Below are positions 1 to 9,259 of a DNA stretch of 44,048 nucleotides, piece by piece (the stretch's first letter is position 1; every line of letters begins with the position of its first letter). The stretch lies in the NCBI GenBank assembly GCA_018814305.1, contig JAHJAA010000031.1, forward strand, positions 1-44,048, in the 5' to 3' direction. Origin of the DNA: Pseudomonadota bacterium. Lineage in GTDB: Bacteria > Desulfobacterota > Desulfobulbia > Desulfobulbales > JAGXFP01. The notes beneath the pieces are model-generated. The model ran no database searches, was not told the DNA's origin, and saw nothing but the letters and a program-made list of their open reading frames with translations. The position numbers and the translations under genes were made by a program.

Positions 1-676
1 GGCCTGCGACTTTGCCACACGGAGACTCACAACCCCCGGTTACCCGGACGCTGCCTCCGGTCGCTAGCAAGGTGTACGGACAACTCCTTGCGCCAGACTT
101 TAACTGACTGGAATTACAGCCGTTTTACACGGCATACGGTCGCGTCTTTGCTTGGCTCAACTCAAGTTTACCACCAGGCGAGGGGGCAAGTCGGCTTTTG
201 AGGAATGATATACAACGACACAAAGTCAACAGACCTCCTGAGAAGGTTGTCATTAGTGTTTGGAAGCATATGATCGAAGCCTCTTCCCGATAAGTGCGAT
301 GCCGATTTTGCGCTCCTAAATAACTAAATAACCAGCACACCAAGAATATGAAATCTACCCATGAATAAGAACTTCGATTGAGTTATTTAATTTCTTAGGA
401 GGTCCCGCAAGTATTCAGAGAACAGAATATGGGGTTGGCTTTGAGATCATTGCCAAACGTTATAACCATAGCAATCCGGCGGTAACCATGAGGTATCTGG
501 GGATAGAGGATAAGGAGGTTCATGGCTGTTTGATAAATGAGGTCGGTTAGGCTTTGTAGGACAAAGGATGACAGATAAATAGGGCGAATGCTGACAAGAC
601 AAAAGGGCAGATATCGGTTAATGAAAATGATCTCTTTATATATTTCTTTTATTTACAAATACTTTTAGAGGATAAA

Positions 677-2899
677 ATGAATCGAACGAAATTATTCATC
701 GTATTCGTCCTGGGCTTCCTTGCTTTGATTGTTGCTGGTTGTGGTGGCGGCGGTAGTAGCACAGCGACTTCCAATACAACCTCAACAACCACACATAGTA
801 CTACAACCACTTCTAATGCAAATACTACGAGCCAAGCTGCAGAGCTCGTTACTATCCAGGAAGAATTAGCAGCGAACGGGGCCAAATGGATCGCGGGCGA
901 TAATCCTATATTTTCTCTGCCGGAAGAAGAAAAAGCAAAACTGGCCGGAACATTTAAGATTGATAGTGTAACAACCCAAACAACCAGCCGAACCTCTCGT
1001 GCGATAACTACTGCAATCCCCTCTTCCTTTGATTGGCGATCCACGGCAACTGGTAATTTTGTTACCGAGGTTAAATATCAAGATCATTGTGGGTCGTGCT
1101 GGGCGTTTGCTGCAACCGCAGCACTTGAATCCAGCGTATTGATAAATAATCCAGGTCAATTCGGCCCTGATTTTGATCTTTCAGAACAGATGATGTTGTC
1201 ATGTAGTGATGGTGATTGTGGCGGCGGTTCCCTGGCAATGGCAGCTGATTATTTATACACCACCGGTATATCATACGAGACATGTTATAATTACATTGCT
1301 GCTAATGGAAGTTGTAACAATAAGTGTCCCGATTGGGAAAGTAACGTGTTCCATATTGATGGCTGGAGATTTATTTCACGTGATTCCCTGAAAGAATATC
1401 TATTTCAGTATGGGCCGGTTGTCGCCTCCATAGATATTTATAGTGATTTTTATGCGTATATGTCCGGTATTTATGCCCCGGTGTCTTCGGCTGTGCAATA
1501 TGATAAATGCCATGCCGTCTTAGTTGTCGGGTACGACGATGCAGCGCAATGTCTTATAATAAAAAACAGCTGGGGAAATGATTGGGGTGAAGGTGGCTAT
1601 TTCAGGCTGTCATATGATGCGTTTGATATAATTAATGCACTTGTAGTCTTCCAGTCCCAGGGTGAAATTTCTGAGCCGACAACGATTGTCTTGACATCCC
1701 CCAATGTGTCCCAATCTTTTAACTCAGAATCGCGAACTTACTTAACCTGGAGTACTACCGGTGCATTTTTATCTGATAGAGTTGTTATTTCCATGAAACG
1801 TGGGTCGGTTGCGGCAGATGTCACGGTACCTGATAATGTCAATTGGTATCGATTTACTGAGCACGGCGCATCAACCTCTAATGATGGTCATGAGATTGTT
1901 ACCATACCTCCCGGCCTGACCGAAGCAAATGATTGGCGTTTTTATGTCAGGATTGAGGCTGCCGATGTATGGGATGCTTCCGATGCATCGTTCACGTATG
2001 TGGATGGAACAAACGATCCGGATCGGGATAAAGACGGTGATGGATACTCGGAAAACGCCGGCGACTGTGATGATACCAATGCGAATATCAACCCCGGCAC
2101 CACCTGGTTTCAGGATGTTGACGGCGATGGCTATACGAACGGCACCATGACAGGTTTCCAGTGTGCGCGCCCCGCTGGTTATTATTATCTTGACGAGCTG
2201 GCTTCTCCCGTAGTGGATTGCAACGACGCCGACGCCACCATTCATCCCGGTGCGACTGACGTGGCCAATGACGGCATTGATCAGGATTGTGTCGGTGGGG
2301 ATGCGGTCTCTTCAACTCCCGGTACCGTTACTTCGGCCGGACAGGTCTGGATGGATCGAAATCTGGGTGCCTCCCAAGTTGCTACCAGCTTTGATGATGC
2401 TGAAGCTTATGGTGATCTGTATCAGTGGGGGCGTGGAACAGATGGTCATGAAAAACGTGACAGTCCTACCACTTCCACTCTCAGTACGTCTGATACTCCT
2501 GGGCATGGCAATTTTATAACAGGATACAGCTACCCGCATGATTGGCGGTCCCCAAATAATGATACTCTCTGGCAGGGAGTTTCAGGGATCAACAATCCTT
2601 GTCCGGCTGGATTCCGTTTGCCGACGGTGACGGAATGGGAGGTCGAGGTGGCTTCGTGGTCCTGGGATAATCGAAGGGGGGCCTTTGCTTCTCCCTTAAA
2701 GCTTGTGTCGGGCCCGAGTCGCAACTCATTCGGCCAAACTTACTACGCCCCAGATCCCGAGGGCAACTACTGGAGCAGCTCGGCCACTGCTAGTAACACC
2801 GGCTATTACGCTCGTTGCCTCGCCTTCTACACCCGCAGTGTGCGATTGATGAGCAGCGAGCGTGCTAGTGGCAAGAGTGTCCGTTGTATCCAGGATTGA
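677..2899 (+). CDS. Secreted lipoprotein: papain-like (C1A) cysteine peptidase + MopE-like putative metal-binding repeats + C-terminal FISUMP (Fibrobacter succinogenes major paralogous) domain
   Basis: AGAGGA RBS precedes the ATG. Signal peptide with lipobox (LALIVAG|C) is followed by a low-complexity T/S-rich linker. The complete C1 catalytic triad is present: Q-x4-CGSCWAF (Cys), HAVLVVGYD (His), NSWGNDWGEGGYF (Asn-Ser-Trp). Two D-x-D-G-D-G-Y ... C-(D/N)-D-x-(N/D)-A-x-I-(N/H)-P-G repeats resemble the MopE-type 'putative metal-binding motif'. The C-terminal ~190 aa carry GQVWMDRNL..GDLYQWGRG..CPAGFRLPT..EW, typical of TIGR02145-like FISUMP domains. Confidence 0.85.
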   Translation: MNRTKLFIVFVLGFLALIVAGCGGGGSSTATSNTTSTTTHSTTTTSNANTTSQAAELVTIQEELAANGAKWIAGDNPIFSLPEEEKAKLAGTFKIDSVTTQTTSRTSRAITTAIPSSFDWRSTATGNFVTEVKYQDHCGSCWAFAATAALESSVLINNPGQFGPDFDLSEQMMLSCSDGDCGGGSLAMAADYLYTTGISYETCYNYIAANGSCNNKCPDWESNVFHIDGWRFISRDSLKEYLFQYGPVVASIDIYSDFYAYMSGIYAPVSSAVQYDKCHAVLVVGYDDAAQCLIIKNSWGNDWGEGGYFRLSYDAFDIINALVVFQSQGEISEPTTIVLTSPNVSQSFNSESRTYLTWSTTGAFLSDRVVISMKRGSVAADVTVPDNVNWYRFTEHGASTSNDGHEIVTIPPGLTEANDWRFYVRIEAADVWDASDASFTYVDGTNDPDRDKDGDGYSENAGDCDDTNANINPGTTWFQDVDGDGYTNGTMTGFQCARPAGYYYLDELASPVVDCNDADATIHPGATDVANDGIDQDCVGGDAVSSTPGTVTSAGQVWMDRNLGASQVATSFDDAEAYGDLYQWGRGTDGHEKRDSPTTSTLSTSDTPGHGNFITGYSYPHDWRSPNNDTLWQGVSGINNPCPAGFRLPTVTEWEVEVASWSWDNRRGAFASPLKLVSGPSRNSFGQTYYAPDPEGNYWSSSATASNTGYYARCLAFYTRSVRLMSSERASGKSVRCIQD

Positions 2900-3414
2900 T
2901 TGTGACCAGAAGAAATTCTTAGTCAAAACGTCAGTATTGACATGAGAATTTCGTGCTGTACTCAAGATGGTGGAAAGCCCGTTATGATTATTTTGAGCAG
3001 GTAAAAATTTGTTTTTACACCAGGGGAATTGACCAGACAGACTGAGAAACCTCAGTAAACAGCGAGATTACCGATTATTGAGAGAAAAAAAATTAGGTGG
3101 GAGTGGCAACTTGTTGCCCAATGCTGAAAACAACCAGAAAACTTCGACAAAATGACAAACTCTATTTTCAATTATGCACTAAACTGATGTATGGATTGTC
3201 TCACTAAAAACTTGTCTGGTTGGTATTGATACGGAATAAATCGAGTAAGTATTTTCCAAAAGTGGGTATAGTGTAAAAAATATTAATTTGAGTTTCATTA
3301 ATAATATTTGTTGGTACCTTTGTTGGTACTTTATTTTTATCACCAACAATAAGCACATACATTCATGGAGATGATCGAGCTATTTGATTGACATCAGCCC
3401 ATTAAAAAAGACAA

Positions 3415-3458
3415 CCCCGCATGGAAACCGCTTCCGGCTTCCATACGGGTTTTTTTTT
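3415..3458. terminator. Bidirectional rho-independent terminator hairpin (A-run / 11-bp stem / T9)
   Basis: The stem cccgcatggaa...ttccatacggg has one mismatch and is flanked 5' by aaaaaa and 3' by ttttttttt. It lies in an AT-rich 850-bp gene-free junction. Confidence 0.6.
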
Positions 3459-3756
3459 GCTCCCAGCGATAGCTAGCTACCGCAGCTGACGGAAAAGACG
3501 AAGCCATAGTTCCAATCCGTTGATGAGGCAATGGGCGCCACCGTCAACAGTAATTCAGGAAAAGCCCTAAACCACCTCAATCCTATTATCCGCCTTCTCC
3601 GGCCCGACAAGACTTTATTGCATTATTCCCTAGCACAGACTAAAAACCAAAATATATCGTTAGGTTGTTATTCAATATTGTTTGGAAATATCTTGACTAA
3701 TCACCTGGGAAAGACGTCACAGGTATTCACATAATTAATTAGCTTGGAGATAGGCT

Positions 3757-4668
3757 ATGGCCGTTCCCGATTTCCAATCCTTCTTCCTGCCGCTCTTGAA
3801 ACTAAGCGCAGACGGGGAAACCCACAGCTTAAAAGATTCGTATACCGCTATGGCAGAAGTTTTCAAGCTGAGTGATGACGACCTGGCAGAGATGTTGCCC
3901 AGCGGCAAGCAAACCACTTTTAAAAATCGGGTAGCCTGGGCCAATGTCTATCTGGCCAAGGCCCTTCTTCTGGAGCGACCCAAGCGGGGATTCTTTCGGA
4001 TTACGGAACGGGGCAAAGAGTTATTGCGGGCAAACCCAACAACTCTCAGGGTTAAGCAGTTAAAGGAGTACTCTGAGTTTGTCGACTTTCACACCACGGG
4101 CAATAAACAAGATAAAGTTATAGATACCTCCAGCGATGATGAACGGACCTCGACCCCGGAAGAAGTTTTCGAAAGCGCCTACCAGGAACTTCGCAACAGT
4201 CTGGCCAGTGAACTTCACGCCCACATCTTAAGTAACACCCCGGAGTTCTTTGAGCACTTGGTGGTTAAGCTCTTGGTCGAAATGGGTTACGGTGGTTCGA
4301 TCAAGGATGCCGGTCGGGCCATGGGCCGAAGTGGGGACGAAGGCATTGACGGTATCATTAAGGAAGACAAGTTGGGCCTCGATGTCATTTATATCCAAGC
4401 CAAAAGGTGGCAGGGATCGGTAGGTCGGCCTGAGGTTCAGAAATTTGTCGGCGCTCTCCACGGTCAGCGGGCTAAGAAAGGCGTATTCATTACCACAGGA
4501 AATTTTACCAGGGATGCAGAACATTATGTCTCGACCATTGATCCCAAGGTGGTATTGATCGATGGCAGCAGGTTGGTGGAATTGATGATCGACTATAATC
4601 TGGGGGTTTCCATTGCGGATACCTACGAGATCAAAAAAATCGATTCTGACTTTTTTATAGAGGAATAG
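3757..4668 (+). CDS. mrr: Mrr-family type IV (modification-dependent) restriction endonuclease
   Basis: The N-terminal ~90 aa form a winged-helix Mrr_N-like domain. The C-terminal Mrr_cat PD-(D/E)xK-like core reads GDEGIDGIIKEDKLGLDVIYIQAKRW. GGAGA RBS. Its stop is 5 nt before the mod start. Confidence 0.85.
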   Translation: MAVPDFQSFFLPLLKLSADGETHSLKDSYTAMAEVFKLSDDDLAEMLPSGKQTTFKNRVAWANVYLAKALLLERPKRGFFRITERGKELLRANPTTLRVKQLKEYSEFVDFHTTGNKQDKVIDTSSDDERTSTPEEVFESAYQELRNSLASELHAHILSNTPEFFEHLVVKLLVEMGYGGSIKDAGRAMGRSGDEGIDGIIKEDKLGLDVIYIQAKRWQGSVGRPEVQKFVGALHGQRAKKGVFITTGNFTRDAEHYVSTIDPKVVLIDGSRLVELMIDYNLGVSIADTYEIKKIDSDFFIEE

Positions 4669-4672
4669 CGGG

Positions 4673-6256
4673 ATGCCGGAGTTGATTTGGAAAGGTAAGG
4701 AGCAGGTTGTCAACCATCATCTGGAGGTGCCGGTGAAAACTCTGGATCGGCAATATACCTTTAATGGTGCAGGTGAGGCCGAGAGTGACAACAAGATCAT
4801 TCATGGCGATAACCTGGAGGCTCTCAAGGCCTTATTACCCCAGTATGAGGGGCGGGTGAACTGCATCTATATCGATCCACCTTACAACACCGGGAATGAG
4901 TCTTGGGTCTATAACGACAATGTCAAGGACCCGCGAATTGTCAAATGGCTGGGGGAGGTAGTAGGCAAGGAGGGTGAAGATCTCTGCCGCCACGACAAGT
5001 GGCTTTGTATGATGTATCCGCGCCTTCAATTACTTAAACGACTGTTGGCGGATGATGGTACTATCTGGATCTCCATTGATGACAATGAAGTTGCCAACCT
5101 GCGGCTCGTAATGGATGAGATTTTCGGGCAACGTAATTTCATTGCCAACGTCATTTGGCAGAAAGTTTTTTCCCCAAAGAACACAGCCAAACATTTCTCG
5201 GAAGACCATGATTTCATCATGATTTACGCACGGAATGCCGAGACATGGCGACCTAATCCAATGCCGCGCACCACCTCACAGGATGGAGCATATAAGAACC
5301 CCGACAACGACCCAAGAGGGCCTTGGACTTCTGGAGATCTTTCTGCGCGCAATTTTTATGGCGAGGGTACATATTCCATAACCTGTCCCTCCGGTCGAAT
5401 AATTGAAAATCCTCCTTCTGGACGCTATTGGGCGATTTCTAAACAAAAGTTTGAGGAACTTGACCGTAACAATCGAATATGGTGGGGGAAAAATAGAGGA
5501 AATATGCCCCGCCTAAAAAGATTTCTTACAGATGTCAAGCAAGGCGTGGTGCCTCAAACCCTCTGGTCATATAAAGATGCGGGCCATACCCAAGATGCCA
5601 AAAAAGAACTCCTAGCAGTTCTTGATTTTGAAACATCGGCTGACGTCTTTGTATCCCCTAAACCGACGAAGCTTATCGATCGCATTCTCCATATTGCTAC
5701 CGACAAAAATTCTCTCATCCTCGATTCTTTTGCCGGTTCCGGCACCACAGCCCAGGCCGTACTGAACCTCAACAAAAAAGATAATGGTAATCGTAAATTC
5801 ATCCTCATCGAGATGATGGACTATGCTGAGACCATAACGGCTGAGCGGATCAAAAGAGTTATTAAAGGTTACGGCGAAGATACAAAGGAGGTTGTGGCCA
5901 CGGGTGGTGATTTCACCTATTTCACCCTTGGCGAACGGGTATTTAATGAGGACGGCAATCTTAATGAGGCCATCGGCCCAACCAAGATTCGTGAATATGT
6001 GGCCTGGTCTGAGAAACTACCAGAGGCCCAAAACGACAATAATCCTTATTGGCTGGGTGAGAAAGACCGGACCGGTTATTACTTTTATTACGAGTCGGAC
6101 ACAGTCACAGTCCTTAACCTGGACTTCCTGGCCACCCTCAGCCACCAAACCGAGGCCTATCTGGTCTATGCCGACACCTGTCTGCTGGATGCGGAGTTTA
6201 TGCATCGCAAGCATATCCGCTTTAAAAAAATCCCTCGGGATATCTCCCGTTTCTAG
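4673..6256 (+). CDS. mod: Type III restriction-modification system methyltransferase (Mod), N6-adenine
   Basis: Motif IV DPPYNTG and motif I FAGSGTTAQAV are present. The mod-then-res gene order is typical of Type III systems, and res starts 10 nt after the mod stop. Confidence 0.9.
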   Translation: MPELIWKGKEQVVNHHLEVPVKTLDRQYTFNGAGEAESDNKIIHGDNLEALKALLPQYEGRVNCIYIDPPYNTGNESWVYNDNVKDPRIVKWLGEVVGKEGEDLCRHDKWLCMMYPRLQLLKRLLADDGTIWISIDDNEVANLRLVMDEIFGQRNFIANVIWQKVFSPKNTAKHFSEDHDFIMIYARNAETWRPNPMPRTTSQDGAYKNPDNDPRGPWTSGDLSARNFYGEGTYSITCPSGRIIENPPSGRYWAISKQKFEELDRNNRIWWGKNRGNMPRLKRFLTDVKQGVVPQTLWSYKDAGHTQDAKKELLAVLDFETSADVFVSPKPTKLIDRILHIATDKNSLILDSFAGSGTTAQAVLNLNKKDNGNRKFILIEMMDYAETITAERIKRVIKGYGEDTKEVVATGGDFTYFTLGERVFNEDGNLNEAIGPTKIREYVAWSEKLPEAQNDNNPYWLGEKDRTGYYFYYESDTVTVLNLDFLATLSHQTEAYLVYADTCLLDAEFMHRKHIRFKKIPRDISRF

Positions 6257-6265
6257 GAGTCTTTA

Positions 6266-8902
6266 ATGGAACTTCTGCCCTATCAACAACAGGTACTGAA
6301 CGATCTGGCCGATTTTTTGAGCTATGTGGAACGACGGGGTAACCTGAAGGAGGCCTTTGCCGATTACTGGCTTGATCGTGGGCTTGCCCGGCCTGAGCCT
6401 TATCGAGACATCATCCCCCAGGTGCCTCATATCTGTATCAAGGTCCCCACCGGCGGTGGAAAAACCTTTATCGCCGCCAATGCCATGAAGACCATCTTCG
6501 ATGCCTTGACCATCTACATGCGGGATGAGCCGCAGACCGTGGTCTGGTTGGTCCCATCCAACGCCATCCTTGATCAGACAATAAAATGCCTTGGCAACCC
6601 GCAACACCCATATCGCCGCAAGGTTGACACCCTGTTTAACGGCCGGGTGGCAGTTTACAGCAAGGAAGATCTCTTGCAGGGGGCCGGGTTTAATGCCACC
6701 TCCGTGCGTGAGCAATTGAACATCCTGGTCTTGAGCTATGCGTCATTCCGGACCAGCAATAAAGAGGGGCGCAAAGCCTTTCAGGAAAATTCCAACCTGA
6801 ATACCTTTGTCCATCAGATGAAGAGTGGCGACGTGTTGTCTGATACCGATGAGTCGGCGCTGGTTAATGTGATTCGCAGCATGAACCCGGTCTGTATCGT
6901 AGATGAGAGCCATAACACCGGTTCCACCTTGAGCAAGGAGATGCTCGTAAACTTTAATCCCAGTTTCATTCTGGATCTGACCGCCACTCCGAGGGAACAG
7001 AGCAATATTATCAGCTATGTGGATGCGGCCCAACTTAAAACCTATAACATGGTGAAGCTGCCGGTCATCGTCTATAACCACCATTCCAGCAAAGAGGTAA
7101 TCAGTAACGCCATCCAACTTCGCAATAATCTGGAAATCCAGGCGGTGGCTGAGCAGGAGGGGGGCGGCGACTATATCCGACCCATTGTTTTGTTCCAGGC
7201 AGAATCCAATACCGGCCAGGAAGACAAGACGACCTTTGAGGAGATCAAAAAGCGGCTGGTCAAGCTGGGTATTGCCGAGGAAGAAATTGCCATCAAAACA
7301 GCGAACATCAATGAATTGAAAAATGAGGATCTGCTTTCGGCCGGTTGTCCTATTCGTTACATCATTACCATTAACGCCCTGAAAGAGGGTTGGGACTGCC
7401 CCTTCGCCTATATCCTGGCCACCATCGCCAATCGCCAATCCCAGGTAGATGTTGAGCAGATCGTCGGTAGGGTCCTCCGCCAGCCATACGCCCGGCGGCA
7501 GCACAATAATTTGTTAAATAACTCATACGTTTTGGCCTCATCTGCTAATTTTATCACCACGCTGGACAAGATTGTCGCCGGCCTGAATCAGGCTGGATTC
7601 AGTAAGAAAGATATGCGAGCCAAGGATCTGGCGGAACTTGCCGGGCCGAACCCTGATCCTAAACTTGAGCAAAAACAGGCGGGCCTGTTTGATACACCTC
7701 CTGTTGGAGAGCGGGCAGCGATTGACGAAGTGACGGCGACCAACAGTAATTTGGTTGAATGGCCTGAAAGTTTGCCTGATCTCTCTGTTCGCAGCGGGGG
7801 AAATATTCCGGATGTCTTGCAGGACATAATCGAGCAGGCAGAAAAAGAAACCAGGGAATATGAAGAGCAGGTAAGCCGCCGCAGTTTTGAGAATATTTCC
7901 GAAGAGGTGCGGGATAAAATGAATGATTTCGGTATGGTAGCGCATTCGGCCGAACAGGCCAAGAAACTCAGTTTGCCGCAGTTTTTTATGAAGATCCCCA
8001 ATATGAGCCTTTTTGGTGAAGATACCTTCTTTTTCAACAAGGAGGAGTTATTGAAGGATTTCCGCTTGAGTCAGGCGGACAGCAGCATGGATTTTAGTGT
8101 GATGGAGGATGAGGCTTACCGGGTCGATTTAGAAGAAGTCGGGGAGCATGACTATAAACCCAGATTTTGGAAGTTGCAGCACTCCACCAGGGAACGATTA
8201 ATGGAGTATCTCGTTGCCCTACCCCCTGAGTCCCAGAAAAAGGCGGTGGCGACAAGGCTCTGCGATCTGGTTGGCAATATGTACCCTATCGTCGACCAGG
8301 AGGTAAAGAAATACGTCCAGCGCATTCTTGACGATATGAATGTTGAACAGATCAATGATTGTTTGGAGCGAGAATTCAGCTATCGGAACAAAATAAAGGC
8401 CAAGATTAAAGAACTGGCGACAGATCACGCTGAGACCGTGTTCTATCAGTGGCTGGCCGCAGATAAAATAATGACCCAGGAATCTTTTAAATTACCTGAG
8501 TCAATCCACCCGGTGGAAACGGCCCCGGCGATACCAGCCAGCCTTTATGCCTCTGAGGGGAAGGTGAACTCCTGGGAGGCCAAGGTTATCAATGAAATTG
8601 CCAATCTCGACAATATTGCTTTTTGGCACCGCATTGAAGAGCGCAAAGGATTTTGCATTAACGGCTTTATCAATCACTACCCGGACTTTCTGGTGCAGAC
8701 GAAGAACGGCAAGACTTTGCTTGTCGAGACCAAGGGTGATGATCGGGATAATTCCGATTCGGTCCGCAAGCTGAAACTCGGTGAGGCTTGGGCCAATAAG
8801 GCTGGAAATGATTTTCGTTATTTTATGGTGTTCGACACGAATGCCATTGCCGGGGCCTATAATCTTGATGACTTTTTAAAAGTTGTCGGTGGTCTGGGGT
8901 AA
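6266..8902 (+). CDS. res: Type III restriction enzyme Res subunit (SF2 helicase + C-terminal PD-ExK nuclease)
   Basis: Walker A KVPTGGGKTFIAANA and a DEAH-like IVDESHN motif are present. The C-terminal nuclease motif is PDFLV...LLVETKGDD. AGGAG RBS. Confidence 0.9.
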   Translation: MELLPYQQQVLNDLADFLSYVERRGNLKEAFADYWLDRGLARPEPYRDIIPQVPHICIKVPTGGGKTFIAANAMKTIFDALTIYMRDEPQTVVWLVPSNAILDQTIKCLGNPQHPYRRKVDTLFNGRVAVYSKEDLLQGAGFNATSVREQLNILVLSYASFRTSNKEGRKAFQENSNLNTFVHQMKSGDVLSDTDESALVNVIRSMNPVCIVDESHNTGSTLSKEMLVNFNPSFILDLTATPREQSNIISYVDAAQLKTYNMVKLPVIVYNHHSSKEVISNAIQLRNNLEIQAVAEQEGGGDYIRPIVLFQAESNTGQEDKTTFEEIKKRLVKLGIAEEEIAIKTANINELKNEDLLSAGCPIRYIITINALKEGWDCPFAYILATIANRQSQVDVEQIVGRVLRQPYARRQHNNLLNNSYVLASSANFITTLDKIVAGLNQAGFSKKDMRAKDLAELAGPNPDPKLEQKQAGLFDTPPVGERAAIDEVTATNSNLVEWPESLPDLSVRSGGNIPDVLQDIIEQAEKETREYEEQVSRRSFENISEEVRDKMNDFGMVAHSAEQAKKLSLPQFFMKIPNMSLFGEDTFFFNKEELLKDFRLSQADSSMDFSVMEDEAYRVDLEEVGEHDYKPRFWKLQHSTRERLMEYLVALPPESQKKAVATRLCDLVGNMYPIVDQEVKKYVQRILDDMNVEQINDCLEREFSYRNKIKAKIKELATDHAETVFYQWLAADKIMTQESFKLPESIHPVETAPAIPASLYASEGKVNSWEAKVINEIANLDNIAFWHRIEERKGFCINGFINHYPDFLVQTKNGKTLLVETKGDDRDNSDSVRKLKLGEAWANKAGNDFRYFMVFDTNAIAGAYNLDDFLKVVGGLG

Positions 8903-8933
8903 AAATAATGCTCCCCTTGCGGGAACATTGCTA

Positions 8934-8962
8934 TTGACCCCAACAGGGGAACTCTATATAAT
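8934..8962 (+). promoter_or_regulatory. σ70-like promoter (TTGACC-N17-TATAAT) immediately upstream of higB; would give a leaderless or near-leaderless mRNA
   Basis: ttgacc lies at 8934-8939, a 17-nt spacer follows, and tataat lies at 8957-8962. The higB ATG is at 8966. Confidence 0.4.
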
Positions 8963-8965
8963 CAA

Positions 8966-9259
8966 ATGAGAATCATATCAATCAAGAGACTGAAAGAGTT
9001 CTGGGAAATATACCCTGACTCAGAAGATGCATGCCAAGCCTGGTATGCTGAAGCAAAGGCCGCTACCTGGAAAAATCCAGCTGAAATCAAGGAGCGGTTT
9101 GGCAGTGCCAGCATCCTGAAAGACAGCCGGGTAGTATTCAATATCTGCGGCAACAAATACCGGCTGATCGTAAAAATAAATTATTCTTACTCCGTGATCT
9201 ATATTCGCTTTGTCGGCACCCATAAAGAGTACGATGCAATTGAAGCGGAGGTGGTGTGA
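8966..9259 (+). CDS. higB: HigB-family (RelE/ParE superfamily) type II toxin, mRNA interferase
   Basis: The 97-aa protein carries ...GNKYRLIVKINYSYSVIYIRFVGTHKEYD, which aligns with the E. coli HigB C-terminus (..REVMTHKEYD). The stop overlaps the downstream start (TGATG). Confidence 0.8.
   Translation: MRIISIKRLKEFWEIYPDSEDACQAWYAEAKAATWKNPAEIKERFGSASILKDSRVVFNICGNKYRLIVKINYSYSVIYIRFVGTHKEYDAIEAEVV

Noticed and set aside
1-343. tmRNA / RNase P RNA / group II intron end / tRNA at window start
   Set aside because: No GGAAAGTCCGGGCTCC (RNase P), no tmRNA T-arm/tag-reading frame, no GUGYG...domain V (GAGCCGUAUG...ACGGUUC) and no cloverleaf could be found. The 72-aa ORF at 125-343 is non-protein-like.
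5440-5470. Phase-variable simple-sequence repeat in Type III mod
   Set aside because: Only short homopolymers (G5, A5) are present. No tetranucleotide or long homopolymer tract typical of phase-variable mod genes was found.
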